Shown: positions 32,948 through 44,687 of the stretch, in pieces | How positions within the stretch are numbered: the stretch's first letter is position 1 | Layout of the letters: each line of letters begins with the position of its first letter | From: Emiliania huxleyi CCMP1516 | Taxonomy: Eukaryota | Direction of reading: 5' to 3' | NCBI RefSeq assembly: GCF_000372725.1 | Contig: NW_005202113.1 | Location: 186,001 to 250,000, forward strand | Length of the DNA stretch: 64,000 bases | Made by a program: the position numbers and the translations under genes | The notes under the pieces: generated by a model | The model's input: only the letters and a program-made list of their open reading frames with translations | What the model was told of the DNA's origin: nothing | Database searches by the model: none

Positions 32948-34561
32948 TTAGAAGAGGGGCCCCCGCGGCATCTGGCGCTCGTGCGCGAGATTCTTGCGCT
33001 TGGCTGGCAAGTACTGCAGGAGGTAGAACTGCGCCGCGTTGAAGGCGATCCCCACGAGCTGCACGTAGACCTGCCGGTACCACGGCGCGGGCTTGTCGTC
33101 GGCCGGCAGTGGGCAGTGCGCCTCGAGCTCGGCGCCCTCCTCGCTGCGCAGCTGCACCTCCGCCGCCATTTGCGCGTCAAACGCAGCTTGCGCGCGCGCC
33201 GCCAGCCGCTCCGCCGCCCGCCGCGCCTCGCCGCAGCTCGGCAGAGCCGAACGCACCGCGGCGCGGAAGCGGCGGGCGTGGGCCTTGCGGAGCCGGCGTG
33301 CTGCCGGCATGTACCGGCGAGCGGCGTGCATTCGCTCGACGAGGTCGCCGCAGAACTCGTCGAAAGCGGCGGCGCGCAACGCGGCGAGGTGCGACTTTGC
33401 CAGCCGCAGCGACGCCGCGGCCAGGAGGCGCCGCAGCGAGCGCTCCGTCCCGGCGAGGGTGTCGGTACGCGCGCCCGCCGGCGCCGCCGCGTCCTCAAAG
33501 CGGGCGAGGCAAGCGGCGAACATGCCGTCGAGCTCGCGGCCAAAGTGGCGGCTCGGGTTGAGCGACTCGTCGCTCTGCCGCTCCCGCAGCGCCGCGCAAG
33601 TCGCCTCGGCCTCGGCGCGCGCCGCCTCGGCCCCCGCCTCGCAGCGCAGCAACCCCTCCCACTCTGCCGGCGTCGCGGGCAGTGGTCGCTGCAGCGCTTC
33701 CTCCTGCCGATCCGCGAGCGGCGCCGCGGCGCCGCTGCGCGCGGAGCGGTCGCCCCGCAATAGCGTGCGCAGCAGCCGCGGCACCGCGGCCACCGGGAGC
33801 GCGGCGGTGCCGAACGCGCCGCGAGACCGCAGCAGGTACTCTTGGGACGAAGGCTGCAGCAACATCGAGAGGAGCCGGCGTGCCGCGGCGTCGGCGCCGG
33901 CGCCGCAAGGCACGGCGACGTGCGAGGCCTCGAACAGAGGGGCGCCGGCGCCGGCGCCGGCACGCGCCTCAAGCTGCCCTCTCAGCCGCTCGACGCACCT
34001 CGCCGCCGCCGCCGATGCCGCCGCCGCCGCCGCCTTGTCCGAGAGTGGCCTGGCAGACTCGGGGAAGGACACGAGGAGCGCCAGCTGCCGCGGCGGCGCG
34101 CCGGTCGCGCCGAGCGAAGCGAGCGCCTCCACGAGCGCGTCGCAGACGGCCACTGCGCGCGGGCAGGTGCCGCCACCCTCGGACGGGAGCGGCACCAGCC
34201 AGACATCGGACATCGCTAGCGCCGGCAGCGGCATCCTCCGCAGCTGGCCGCCCAGCTCCGAGGCAGCGTCGGAGGTGGACGCGGGCGCGAGGAGCAAAAG
34301 AGCCGGCGCGGGAGCGGGGCCCAGTGGGCAGCACAGGTCGGCGAGCAAATCCGGCGAGTCGAAGAAGCTCGTGCCAAAGATGCCGTTGAGCAGCTCGCCG
34401 CCGCCCGCGAGCAGCGAGGCGACCGCATACGGCTGGTCGTCCGGAGCGATCGAGCGGCGCAGCGCAGGCAGCTCGACGAGGCGGGTGGCGGTGGCGCCCG
34501 CCAGCGAGAGGAGGAGCGCCACCCGCACCGCGAGCACCACCCGCACCGACGTGGCTGGCAT
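32948..34561 (-). CDS. Signal-peptide protein resembling a degenerate Sey1/RHD3 (atlastin-like) protein
   Basis: N-terminal hydrophobic leader; YAVASLLAGGGELLNGIFGTSF resembles the Sey1 G1 region but lacks GKS; long helical region; C-terminal hydrophobic segment. Confidence 0.5.
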   Translation of the reverse strand: MPATSVRVVLAVRVALLLSLAGATATRLVELPALRRSIAPDDQPYAVASLLAGGGELLNGIFGTSFFDSPDLLADLCCPLGPAPAPALLLLAPASTSDAASELGGQLRRMPLPALAMSDVWLVPLPSEGGGTCPRAVAVCDALVEALASLGATGAPPRQLALLVSFPESARPLSDKAAAAAASAAAARCVERLRGQLEARAGAGAGAPLFEASHVAVPCGAGADAAARRLLSMLLQPSSQEYLLRSRGAFGTAALPVAAVPRLLRTLLRGDRSARSGAAAPLADRQEEALQRPLPATPAEWEGLLRCEAGAEAARAEAEATCAALRERQSDESLNPSRHFGRELDGMFAACLARFEDAAAPAGARTDTLAGTERSLRRLLAAASLRLAKSHLAALRAAAFDEFCGDLVERMHAARRYMPAARRLRKAHARRFRAAVRSALPSCGEARRAAERLAARAQAAFDAQMAAEVQLRSEEGAELEAHCPLPADDKPAPWYRQVYVQLVGIAFNAAQFYLLQYLPAKRKNLAHERQMPRGPLF

Positions 34562-35788
34562 ATAACACGCACACATACTTCGGCGACCGCCGCGCTGGCT
34601 CTCTTTCCTCAGCAGACGCCACGTCGCGTCTCGGCGGCGGCAGCTGCTTCGGCCGCGACCGAGCAAGCGAGCACGACGCGCCTCCGCGGCGAAAGAATTC
34701 CGACCCGGTTGCGGCGTGCCGCCCCGCATGCCGCATGCTCTCCTGGAGATGTCTGCTCTATTTATTCCCGCATGCCGCGGCTCAGCTTCAGGTGAGTTCA
34801 TCTTGCCGGCGGTACCCGACGCTGCTCGAACGGCAGTTGTCGACCGCCGGCAGTTGACCGGTGTCGGCAAGATGAAGTCCACTGCGCTCGAAAAAACTAC
34901 CACCGGAAGCGCCTCGCCGAGGCGCACAATAGTCCCCGTCAGCGCCACGCGCGAGAGCATGTGTCCACTGTGCAACGCGGCGGCGCGATGAGTCACGGGA
35001 CGACCGACGGAAGCCGGATTAAGCCACAAAACTCGCTCATTCAGAGCTCAGGTTTTCACCGATTTGCAACAAATCTCTCCGATTTGCTGTGGGCGTTCCG
35101 TTGGCTGAAATAGTGATCAAACCGACCAAGTTAAGCGAATATTGGTCCAACGAAAACGGCACTAGTTAAGGGCAAAAACCGATTGGCTGTGGGGGGCGTT
35201 AGAGAGAGAGAGACTTCTTCTTGATCTTGTGTTAGAGTACAGTTGTTTGGTATTGCTAAAAATCTCTCTCTCTAAACTCGAGGGGCCAAAATACGCCGCG
35301 AGGAGGACGGAGTTGCGCCGAGAAGAAGCCGCGAGAGCAAGGGATCGGCGGGCAGCGGCGGCGCAGCAGAACGAGGCAGACAGAGGAGAGCGACGCGACA
35401 AGGAGGATGAAGCGACAGGAGGGAGAACGACGAGAGTGGGACGACCGCGAGGTGGCATGAAGGTTGCAGCGAGAATCGGCGTTGCAGCGAGAATCGGCGA
35501 GGGACTGCGAAGAGAGATAGGAAGAGGCAGACGCCCAAGGGTGGGCGACGGCTAATAAATAAATAAATAAAACGGACACCTCTACTGTGAGATGGGTAAA
35601 AAGGAACAGGTCCCCGCCCTTTGCGATCTTTTTGTGCAGGGTTCTTTTGTGGGTGTGGTCGGCGACTAGCCGGGGTCGTCCTCCCGATGGGGGACTAGCA
35701 CTAGCCGTCTTCCACATGGTCTCTCGGGTCCCCCTGCTGCTCCTAATCTCTTCGACGGCTAGCACCACACTCCTCTCCTTAAATCCCT

Positions 35789-35850
35789 TGTGTGGTGGCG
35801 GCGTGCCGTCCTCCCATCCCTCCCTTGGGTTGTCTGTTTTCTTTCTCTTT
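35789..35850. repeat. Short dispersed motif (TG)nGTGGCGGCGTGCCGTCCTCCCATCCCTCCC with a T-rich tail; further copies near 35968, 39290 and 39655
   Basis: Four same-orientation copies seen directly; the 35968 copy is interrupted. Confidence 0.8.
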
Positions 35851-36313
35851 CTTAAGAGTTCCCTGGCGGTCCGTTTTCTTTCTTTCACAGCAGACTGGCA
35901 CTCACACAAATGGCACACAGCCGAGGGGAAGAATTTCACGACGCGAAAGCCGTAACCCGTATATGTCTGTGTGTGGTGGCGGCGTGCCAGGCGTGCCGGG
36001 TCCCACCGGCACCGTCCTCCCATCCGCATCCTTCCTTGGCGTGGCTGTTTTATTTCTTTCTTAGGAGGCTGCCAACCACATTAAAATCATGATTAAAATA
36101 GTCATAGTCATCACGCCCCTCGGCCTCTCTATCTGCACTCTGGTGCCTAGCCATGCCACATGCCCACGAACAGACACACACGGCAGGCCCACTGACACTA
36201 CAGATCCCTCGCGCCGCGCTCCGCCGCCCCACGGTCCACAGCCCCACGGGGTCCTCTCTCACGTCTCAGCGCCGCCCCACGCCCCACGCCAGCCCCAGCG
36301 TCCACGCGCCCCC

Positions 36314-39197
36314 TTACTGGATCTTGCTCGCCAGCGTGGAGACCCCCGACTGCAGCGAGGAGGACATGGTCGAGGTGAGCGCTTTGATGCGCTTCGAGTC
36401 GATGCTCGGCGCGGCGATGCCGAGCCCCGACAGCCCCCCGGTGAGCGAGTCCAGCCCCGGCTGCTGCATCGGCTGCGGCGTCGGCGCGCCGCCCGCCGAG
36501 GGCAGCCGCTTCACCTCCTCGAGGAAGGAGGCGGAGTTGTGGATCGTGGTCCCTCCGAGCAGCACGCGCACGCCGGGGTTGGCTGTGTTCATCTCGGAGA
36601 CGTAGCGCGACTCCTCGTACGTGACGCCGCCCACCATGAAGACGATCACCTCGACGGGCGCTCTCCGCTTCGCGCCGGCCGTCGGCGGCTCGCTGCCGAG
36701 GTGCGGGTACCTACAGCCGGCGCGACTTCCGCGGCTGAGCCGGCGCGGGCGTGGGCAGGCGGCGACCGTGTGCGGGTGGCGGTTGCTGAGTCTCGGTGAG
36801 GGTGCCCTTGAGCAGCGCGTCGAGGGTCTGCGCGAGGTAGGGCGAGTGCTGCGTGTAGACGTTTTGCACGCCCTTGATGTTCCGCTGCAGGCTCTTCTTG
36901 GTCGCCGCGAGCCTGCAGCCGGGGGAGGGGCCGCGGGGCACGGGTGGGGGCGGGGGTGGGGTGGCGGGAGGCGGGGGTGGGGTGGCGGGAGGCGGAGGCG
37001 GGAGGCGGAGGCGGAGGCGGGAGGCGGGAGGCGGGAGGCGGGAGGCGGGAGGCGGGAGGCGGAGTCGAGCGGCATCGGTCGTCAACGAGAGGGAGGGAGG
37101 GAGGGGCGGGGGCGGGAGCAAGATGGGAGGGTCGCGCGCGCCATGTCTTGTTGGAGAAGAGGTCGCCGCTGCGCACGGCCGCGCCGCAGTGGGCCAGCAT
37201 CTGCGAGACGGCCTGCCGCGCGTCCGCGCCGAGCATGTCGCAAAAGGTGTCGATGCGGTTCGAGGGCTCCTTCTCGTACCGCAGCGCGTAGAGCAGCACG
37301 AGGCGCAGCTTGTTCTGGTCGGCGATCGACGGCTTGCGCAGGAGCGCGAGCACCTCTGTGACGGCGGAGGAGTGGTCCTCGGTGCAGGCGAGCTCCTGCT
37401 CGACTTGCGAGACCTGCGAGGCACGCGCCGCGGCCGGGTCGGTGCGCGGTGCCCAGCCGCGCGCGAGCCTCTCTCCCCGCCCGAGAGGCGCGTCGCCTCC
37501 ATCAGCTGCTGCGACTCGACGAGCCGGTTGATCTCGCCGAGCAGGGTGACGTGCTTGGAGACGTCGCCCGACAGCTTCTTGAACTGCGGGTACGCCTGGC
37601 GGTGGAGGAGGAGGGGGGGGGGTGTGAGCCCTCCCGGTGAAGAGGTGTGTGCTGGCCGCTGAAGCAGCAGCAGACGCGCCTCGACAAACTGCTGCATGTC
37701 GGCGATGGAGCCGATGTTCTTTGTCGACTTTGTCTTTGCCTGGAAGGCGTCGAGCAGGCCCTTGACGTTCTCGGCGAGGTCGCCGTAGTTGAGGAGCATA
37801 TTGTCCGCGAAGAAGGCGTCCTGCACGCGCGCGGGGAGGAGGGTCCGAGAGGGGTCCGAGGAGGGTCCGAGGAGGGCTCCGGAGGGGTCCGAGAGGGCTC
37901 CGAGAGGGGTCCGAGGAGGGGTCCGAGGAGGGGTCCGAGAGGGGTCCGAGGAGGCAAGAGGTGGCTACTCCTCGGGCCGAGGCGATGGCAGTGGAGACGG
38001 CTCGGGCGTAGCAGGCGATGGAGGGTGTGCTGCGACGGCTCGGGCGAGGGCGGGTGTGGCGGTGGCGACGGGCGGGGCGGGCGGCGCCTGGTCGGCAGAG
38101 AGCACCAGCTGCTGCAGCTCCTTGTCCACGCCTGTTCACAGCAGGAGGTGTGAAGAGACGCTGTTCACAGCTCCTTGTCGACGCCTGCAGCCACACGACA
38201 ACAGCCCCGCGACACACGCGACACACACGCCCGCGCAGACGCGCGCCCGATCCCCGCGTGGCCAGCCGCTCTCTGCTCTCCGCCAGCCGCTCGCGCGAAC
38301 AACCGCTCGCCGCCAAACCCTCTCCCTCTCCCCTCTGCGCGTGTGGGCGCGGCCGCCCCCGCCCCGCCCCCGCCCCCGCCCCCGCCCCCGCTCGCGCAGG
38401 GTCTGCTCGCCTGGCGCGCCGCGCAAGTCGACGCGGTTGTTGGAGATGCCGACCAGCTCGTGCACCATCGCCTGGTACGTCCACTGGCTCAGCAGCGGCG
38501 TCACCGGGTCGTCCCTCCGGTCGACAATCAGCAGCAGCGGCGGCACATCCGGCCGCCGGAACGCAAACAGGTCCGGGTCCGCGTCCATTGTGCCGAGGAC
38601 GGTCTCGGCGACCCGCTGGGCGACCTCGGAGCTGCGCTGGTAGCGGATCTGCGGCCGCTTCTTGAGCGAGAGCAGCAGCGAGCACACGCCCTGGTGCAGC
38701 CGGTCGAAGACGGCCTGCTCCCACACGCTGCCAGACAGGCCGGCGATCGAGCCGACGTTGAGGTGGAAGAGGTCGGGGGTGACGGGGAGGTAGTCGGCGA
38801 AGTACTCGTGCACCTGCTGCACCACCTCGTGCTCGTCCGCCTCCGCCAGCTGCTGGATCATCCCGTCGCGCGTCGTGTTTGAGAAGAAGAGGTGGTACTC
38901 GCCAAACCGAGGCTCGCGCAGCTCCGACTGGATGCGGCGCAGGTTCTCGGCGGTCGGCCGCACAAAGTAGCACGCCTTGAGATGGGGCATCTTCTCTCCC
39001 GCCTGCCGCTCGATCGTGTCGGTCATGAAGACCTCGTGCTGCAGGACCTGCGTCTGCGTAAACACCATCGATACGACGCCGGTCGTCTCTGCGTCCATCA
39101 CGAGTACCTTCATGCCGGGCACGTCGGTGCACATCCGCGTGACGTAGTCCCGCACCGTCTGGATGGTGTTGGACCGAGCCACGCTGGAGGATGCCAT
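36314..39197 (-). CDS. VPS45: Sec1/Munc18 family vacuolar sorting protein Vps45, multi-exon
   Basis: GMKVLVMDAET, HLKACYFVRPT, YHLFFSN, LAEADEHEVV, LLIVDRRDDPVTPLLSQWTYQAMVHEL, NYGDL, VSKHVTL, VQNVYTQHSP, FMVGGVTYEE, LLGGTTIHNS. Confidence 0.95.
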
Positions 39198-39363
39198 GGG
39201 GATTGGTGCGGGTGGTGCGGCGCGCGCTGCCTCACACGGCGCTCACAAAACAAAGAAAAGTAGGTGCGTCGTACGAAAATCCCTGGGTGGGCGGCGTGCC
39301 GTCCTCCCATCCCTCCCTTGTGTTCTGTTTTGTTTCTTTCTTTATCGTCGCGAGCCCATGTCG

Positions 39364-39587
39364 GGTGTTTACTAGCTCCGAGTAGAGGGGGCGTTCTGCT
39401 GCTAGGGGAAACCCAGCGCGCGGTACTATAAACCCTCGGAGACGCGTGTTTACTTTATGGCCCCTTCCCTGCGAACGCGCACCCCCCCAGGGAGGCTAGG
39501 GCTCTCTAGCCCGTAACCCGCTCCAAGATCCCGTTCGTCCGGCCCGCTGGGTGCGCTTCTTAGCTCCCCGGCCCTCTGGGTGTGAGG
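39364..39587 (-). repeat. Inverted copy of the 14713-14919 dispersed repeat
   Basis: Reverse-complement match by inspection. Confidence 0.85.
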
Positions 39588-39905
39588 CTGCCGACTGCGG
39601 CATTCCTCAAGTTGCTCCAACGTCCAAGCCTACTCCTCTCTTTCTAATCCCTGTGTGTGTGGTGGCGGCGTGCCGTCCTCCCATCCCTCCCGGCGCGCCG
39701 TTTTTGTTTCTTTCTTTTAGAGCGTCACGCCACTGGTTCGCGCGACGCACCGTGTCCGTGAGGGTCTGAACACTGCTCCCTTCGAATAGTGAGGTGGCAG
39801 GCCCCGCTCACCGCGAGGCCGACGGTCTGCTGGCACGACCACCCGCTCGGCGCTCTGCCGATGCTCATCTCGGCTGCACCGCCCACGGAGAGCTCGCGCT
39901 CCTGT

Positions 39906-40880
39906 TCACAACCAAACGCGTGAAGTGGCGCACTGCACAAGCTCGCGGCCGAAGAAGAGCCTTCGCTCCCAGAGCGCCGACGGCAGGCCGTGCGACGGGT
40001 CCACCACTGCGTGGGCGTCGTATGGGACGCCGGGGGAGCCCGCCTGCAGCACGAACCCGCCCCGCGCCAGTGTCGAGGGCAGCTCTGCGGCGCAGTACGC
40101 CGTGTCCTACGCAAGGTAACACCGGAGGGGACATCGGATGATCGAGTGGGGAGTAGTGGGTGAGACGTCAGCGAAGCTATCTGCTCGATACGATGGCACC
40201 TCGGCTGACCAGCCGCCATGGACCATATCGGCATACCGCCGGTAAAAGGAGGAGTCGTTGTTGTACCAGACGGCGAGGAGCGGAGAGGCGTCTGATGCGG
40301 CCGCGTCGACCTCCACGCGGTAGCGCACCGGCACGTCGTCGACTTGGTGCGGGAACTGGACGTGGAGGCTGCCAACGAGGTGCGTTGGTATGCCACCGTC
40401 GAGGCGGTAGAATCGCTGCGAGTCGGCAAAGCTGCCCGGTTGGAGGACCTGTGCACAGTACGCGTCCCCCTCCTTCGACTCGTGCGTACCGTAGGGAAAG
40501 CGCCCGCGGAGAGAATGAGCACACGTCGGATAAATGTAGAGGGTGGCACTCCCAGCACATGCTTTGCTGCTCGCCGTCATGAGTGGGCATGAGCCAGCAC
40601 TGGCCGAGGCACACGAGCCCCAGGCAAAGAGATCAAACAGCCACCACGTATCTGCGACCCCGAACGGCTGCATCTTGCACGAGAGCCGCCAAGGCAAGTG
40701 CATCGCTTCGCCGAGCTGGTTGACAGCAGGCGATGCTACCGCGAGAGCGTTGAAGTCGCCGGCGCCACCGGCAGCATGGAGCGTCAAAGCGGCGACGCCG
40801 GCCGCGGCGAGCAGGCTTACGGTCACACAGCTGTCCAGCCTGCAGCTTACGATCCCATTGCGTTTGTGGGCGGAGATCAT
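39906..40880 (-). CDS. Hypothetical protein with an N-terminal hydrophobic segment, probably two exons
   Basis: 257-aa ORF of protein-like composition; continues after a probable intron (~40165-40107) as DTAYCAAELP...SRVWL*. Confidence 0.45.
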
Positions 40881-43800
40881 CGTGGCACGCGCCGCGCTAT
40901 ACGCGCGCGCGTCCCGACGGCTGGGATGCCGATCGACTCGACGCCTCGCACGCCGCTATCAATCCTAACCGGCAGGGATGATGGTCTCGTGACCACGGCG
41001 CCGCCCCCCCGGGGGCCGGGGCAGGTTGATGGGTCCAGGTGATAGCCCTGGATGGGCAATGCATACGCCTAGTTGGACCTCAGCCTCGCCCAACCGCGTC
41101 CCGGCAAAACCTTTATGTGATGTTACAGGTGGGTTAAGAGGGAGATGTGCGAGAGCTGCGGGACCGCCGGGACGGCGGGCGGGTGATCAATACCAAACAA
41201 CTCTAACACTCACACGTCATTTGGCAACACTAGTGGGGGACCTGCGGCGGACCCGCCTCTGTTGTTCGCGGGCAGTGAGAGACGCAGGATCTGCACGCCA
41301 AAGTGGGGCCACTCCGCATTTTCATTTTGGTTTTGGGTTGTCGGAGATCATCCATCAGCACTCATAAGTCAGTCAAAGCTCAGTCGTGGCAGCTGGCACG
41401 TGAGCAGAGTCGCTGCATGCAACGGCGCCGCCACACGCTCCGGACGACCGACACACCGACACACCACGCACAATAGGAGGCTATCGCGCACGATCGGCCA
41501 TCGCACCCACCGCAAACACCTCGCCGCACAGATGGGGGGAGGCATAATCCCACACACACCGGAGCAGCGCAGACACCTTACACGTCAGCGCTCGCTCGAT
41601 GTGGCCGGCGCTCTCCCCTCTCCTATCGCCTTTTCGACGGCGGCGTGCGGCCACGCGCCGCGCCGAGCCGGTCTCGGCGGGAGACCTCGGAGCCGCACGC
41701 GATGCGGGCATGCGCGATGGCTCCGTTGGCTCCGTGCCTAAGGCAGATAGATTAGGGTGGGGCGGCGGCATCCATGTGTGTAATATATATTTATATATCG
41801 CTGCGGGTCGCTGCGGGCCGACGATTGTGGACTGATCGATCGATTGTCGGCGGGCGGTGTTCTCGAGTGTTCAGCTTTTACGTTCTACGTTAAAAGAGCG
41901 TCGGCGCGGACACGAGAGACTTATAAGGGTATAGACTCACACGTCATTTGGGGCCTGGAGCCCTATTCACGCGTGCGCGAGACGTGCACCCTGCTTGATT
42001 TCTTCTTTCGGTTTGGGTTAACGACACTCGCACTCACCACCAACACGAAGTCTGCAGCCGCTGCCTGCCTCCCCAATGTCGACGATGCGGCCACGCTCCC
42101 ACAGCACCGACTTTACAATCCCCAGCCTCTCCCGCACGAATGAGCTGATCGTCTCGAACAACTCTCACGAGGAACAGTTCATTCTTGTGGACGAACCGCA
42201 TTCGCCGACGACGCCTACGCCGTCCACGAGCGCGTTTGTGATTCTCGGCCGCGGCGGCCAGATCGAATCGTCAGAGGGTGAGCCGTTGGCCTCAGCCGAT
42301 TGGTGCCGAGCGCGCCTTAACGCCCGTCCCCAACGCAGGCTGCCTCTCTCCATCGGAGCGCAAGCACTTCTTCAAGCAGGCAGGACTGGCGAGCCCTCTG
42401 CGCCGGGCGTCGACGGATCGCGAGGTCCCCGGCTTCTTCCTCTGACCCACGCGGCGCCTGCACGTAGAGGCGATTCGTGTGTGGTACGAGGCCGGCGCAG
42501 GGGTCTGGTTTGTGGGACTCGATCGTATTGGTCCTGGTACTGGGGGGTGATTGTCACAGTGAGAGATTGTCCGTGCTGAGAGATAGAGAGAGAGAGAGAC
42601 TCTGATGGAGGGACGTGCATGCAGCTAGACATGCAGCATGGGTTGGACGAGATGAACTAGTGTCTAGTCGCCCCGCACACAAAAAGGGCGTGTGTGTTAG
42701 TGTATGTCTGATGTGGGGGGGAGATGGGGTGGACGGAGGTGGTCGAGGTTAGCATGATAACTGATTAGAGTAGTACCACACGCAATCCACAATGACAATC
42801 ACACAAAGAAGGGGGCGAGATCCGAGAAAACTTCAAGAGAGACGTGTATATACAGGTCATGCAAAACGGGCCCTGAGGGGCCTGAGTGTGCGACCCCGCG
42901 AAACGCGTACACCGGCACATTGTCGGCCGATGCGCGGCTCGCCGCCCACCCCACGCGGTCCCTAGGTGTTATATAGCATAAAGACCGTCCGTGCAGGGCT
43001 CCTAGGCCATCACTGGGTCCACAGTGGACGGACACACAGCCTCAGCCGGCCCGGCGGGCTCCCGACCAGAGCCGCAGAGCCCGTCCGGGGAGGCCACAAA
43101 CGGACACTCTACCGACCTTTACACCCCTAGACAACCCACCCTGACTAGCACACGGTGTCGGCCCGACCGCCCTGCGGCCCCAGCTACCAGCTGGCGCCGC
43201 TCGGCCCGGCTGGAGGCGACTGGGGCGCCCAAAATCGCGGAACCGGCGACGTCCTCCGGCCAGCAGCCGGATCGGGCGTCCGACCCGCCCACTCGGCGAC
43301 CCGAGATGGTCTCCCCGACCCCCGAGGCTTGGCACACCGCGCGAGGGGGGCAGCCCAGCCACCCTGCACCGCCCAGGCCGCCCTCTGCGAGCCCAGGCGC
43401 GCCGTAGAGAGTGCCGACGCGATGTCGACGATTTTGGCCTGCGAGACGGGGGCGAGGAGCGGTGTGAGGGCGCCATGTGCCCGGGCGACGGGCTGAGGGG
43501 CCGCTACACGGGCCGCAGAGCTCACCAGCGCCGGCACGGTGGCGCTGGTAGCGATGGTGCTGCTTGTGGCCGCCTTTGGCAGTACCTGACCGAGGGCTGA
43601 CTCGCGACGGCAACGGGGCGGCGAGCCGGGTGGCGGGGTGCGGGGAGGAAGGAGGGGACGCGCCGCGAGAGGGGGGGAGGGGCGCTCTCACGTCTGGCTG
43701 GCCCGCCCCGACCCCCACGGGGTCGGGATGGTCGATGATGCTGCTCTAGGCGGTCGTCCCGGGTCGCCAGACCGGTCCTGCGGCGGAGTCGGAGGGTGAG

Positions 43801-44247
43801 GGGCAGGGGCACGGCCGTGCGGCGGAGGGGACGCGCATCGCGGAGCTCGCAGCAGCCCGAGAGGGCCCGAGCCCGGCCAGAGAGTTGCCCACCGCTCGGG
43901 CCAAAGAGACAGCGTCGCTGGAGCTGCGCCCCGCGGCCATTTTGTACAGGTCCTGGCTTTGGTTTCACAACACGTTTGGTCCTCGCTATGGTACGGCTCA
44001 CCAGATGCGACAGGAGGGCTAAAATCCGGAATATAGACTGCCAAGAGGGTGCTCTAGGCCGCGAAGACACCACACACGGTCTCCCTACTCATGCGCGGCT
44101 AGCAGGAGGGTGCCAAAAATGAGGTGGCGTCGCCCTGAATAGACGCTGCTCTGGGACGCCGGGACGGCGATGCCACCTGACGCCGACGGCGGATCCACGA
44201 TCGCTCGTGGCGCGCGGCGCGGCGTGGCGAGCCCCGCCCCTGGGGTT

Positions 44248-44687
44248 GAGCAGCGTGTGGGTGGGTCGTCACCACACTGCTCCGAGTAGTCAGAGCGGCG
44301 TCGCGTTTAGTGATACGCCGCTCACGCCATTTAGAGCGGTGTCAGCTTAAAGCAATCGCTGCTCTTACTAGCTAGAGCAGTGTTCACTTAGCAAAGTCCC
44401 GCTCTGAAGAGGAGGAGCGAAGGAGAGCGCGGCTGAGGGAGGCGAAAGCAGCCTCTCCGCGGAAATTGACCGCTCCCGCTATGTTGAGCGGTGTTGCACT
44501 GACTTGACTCCGCTCGAACGTGTTCGGTCGGTGTTTTTCTGAGCAAGAGTCCGCTCTGAAGGTTGCAGAGCGGAGTCTTGTTAGGCAAACGCTGCTCTGT
44601 GTTGTGTAGAGTGGGATTTAAGCTTGAAGACGCTGCTCTAGCAGTACTAGCACCATCGAGCGGGGTTGCTGAGATAGAACACGGCTC
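44248..44687. repeat. Array of ~9-10 inverted half-site units GAGCRG-N18/19-CYGCTC with ~41-bp period
   Basis: Units start at 44293, 44334, 44375, 44446, 44486, 44526, 44568, 44609 and 44658, plus a 23-nt-spacer unit at 44248; interiors vary. Confidence 0.75.

Noticed and set aside
41000..44200. ORFs in the gene-poor interval
   Set aside because: No codon bias or motifs I can recognise
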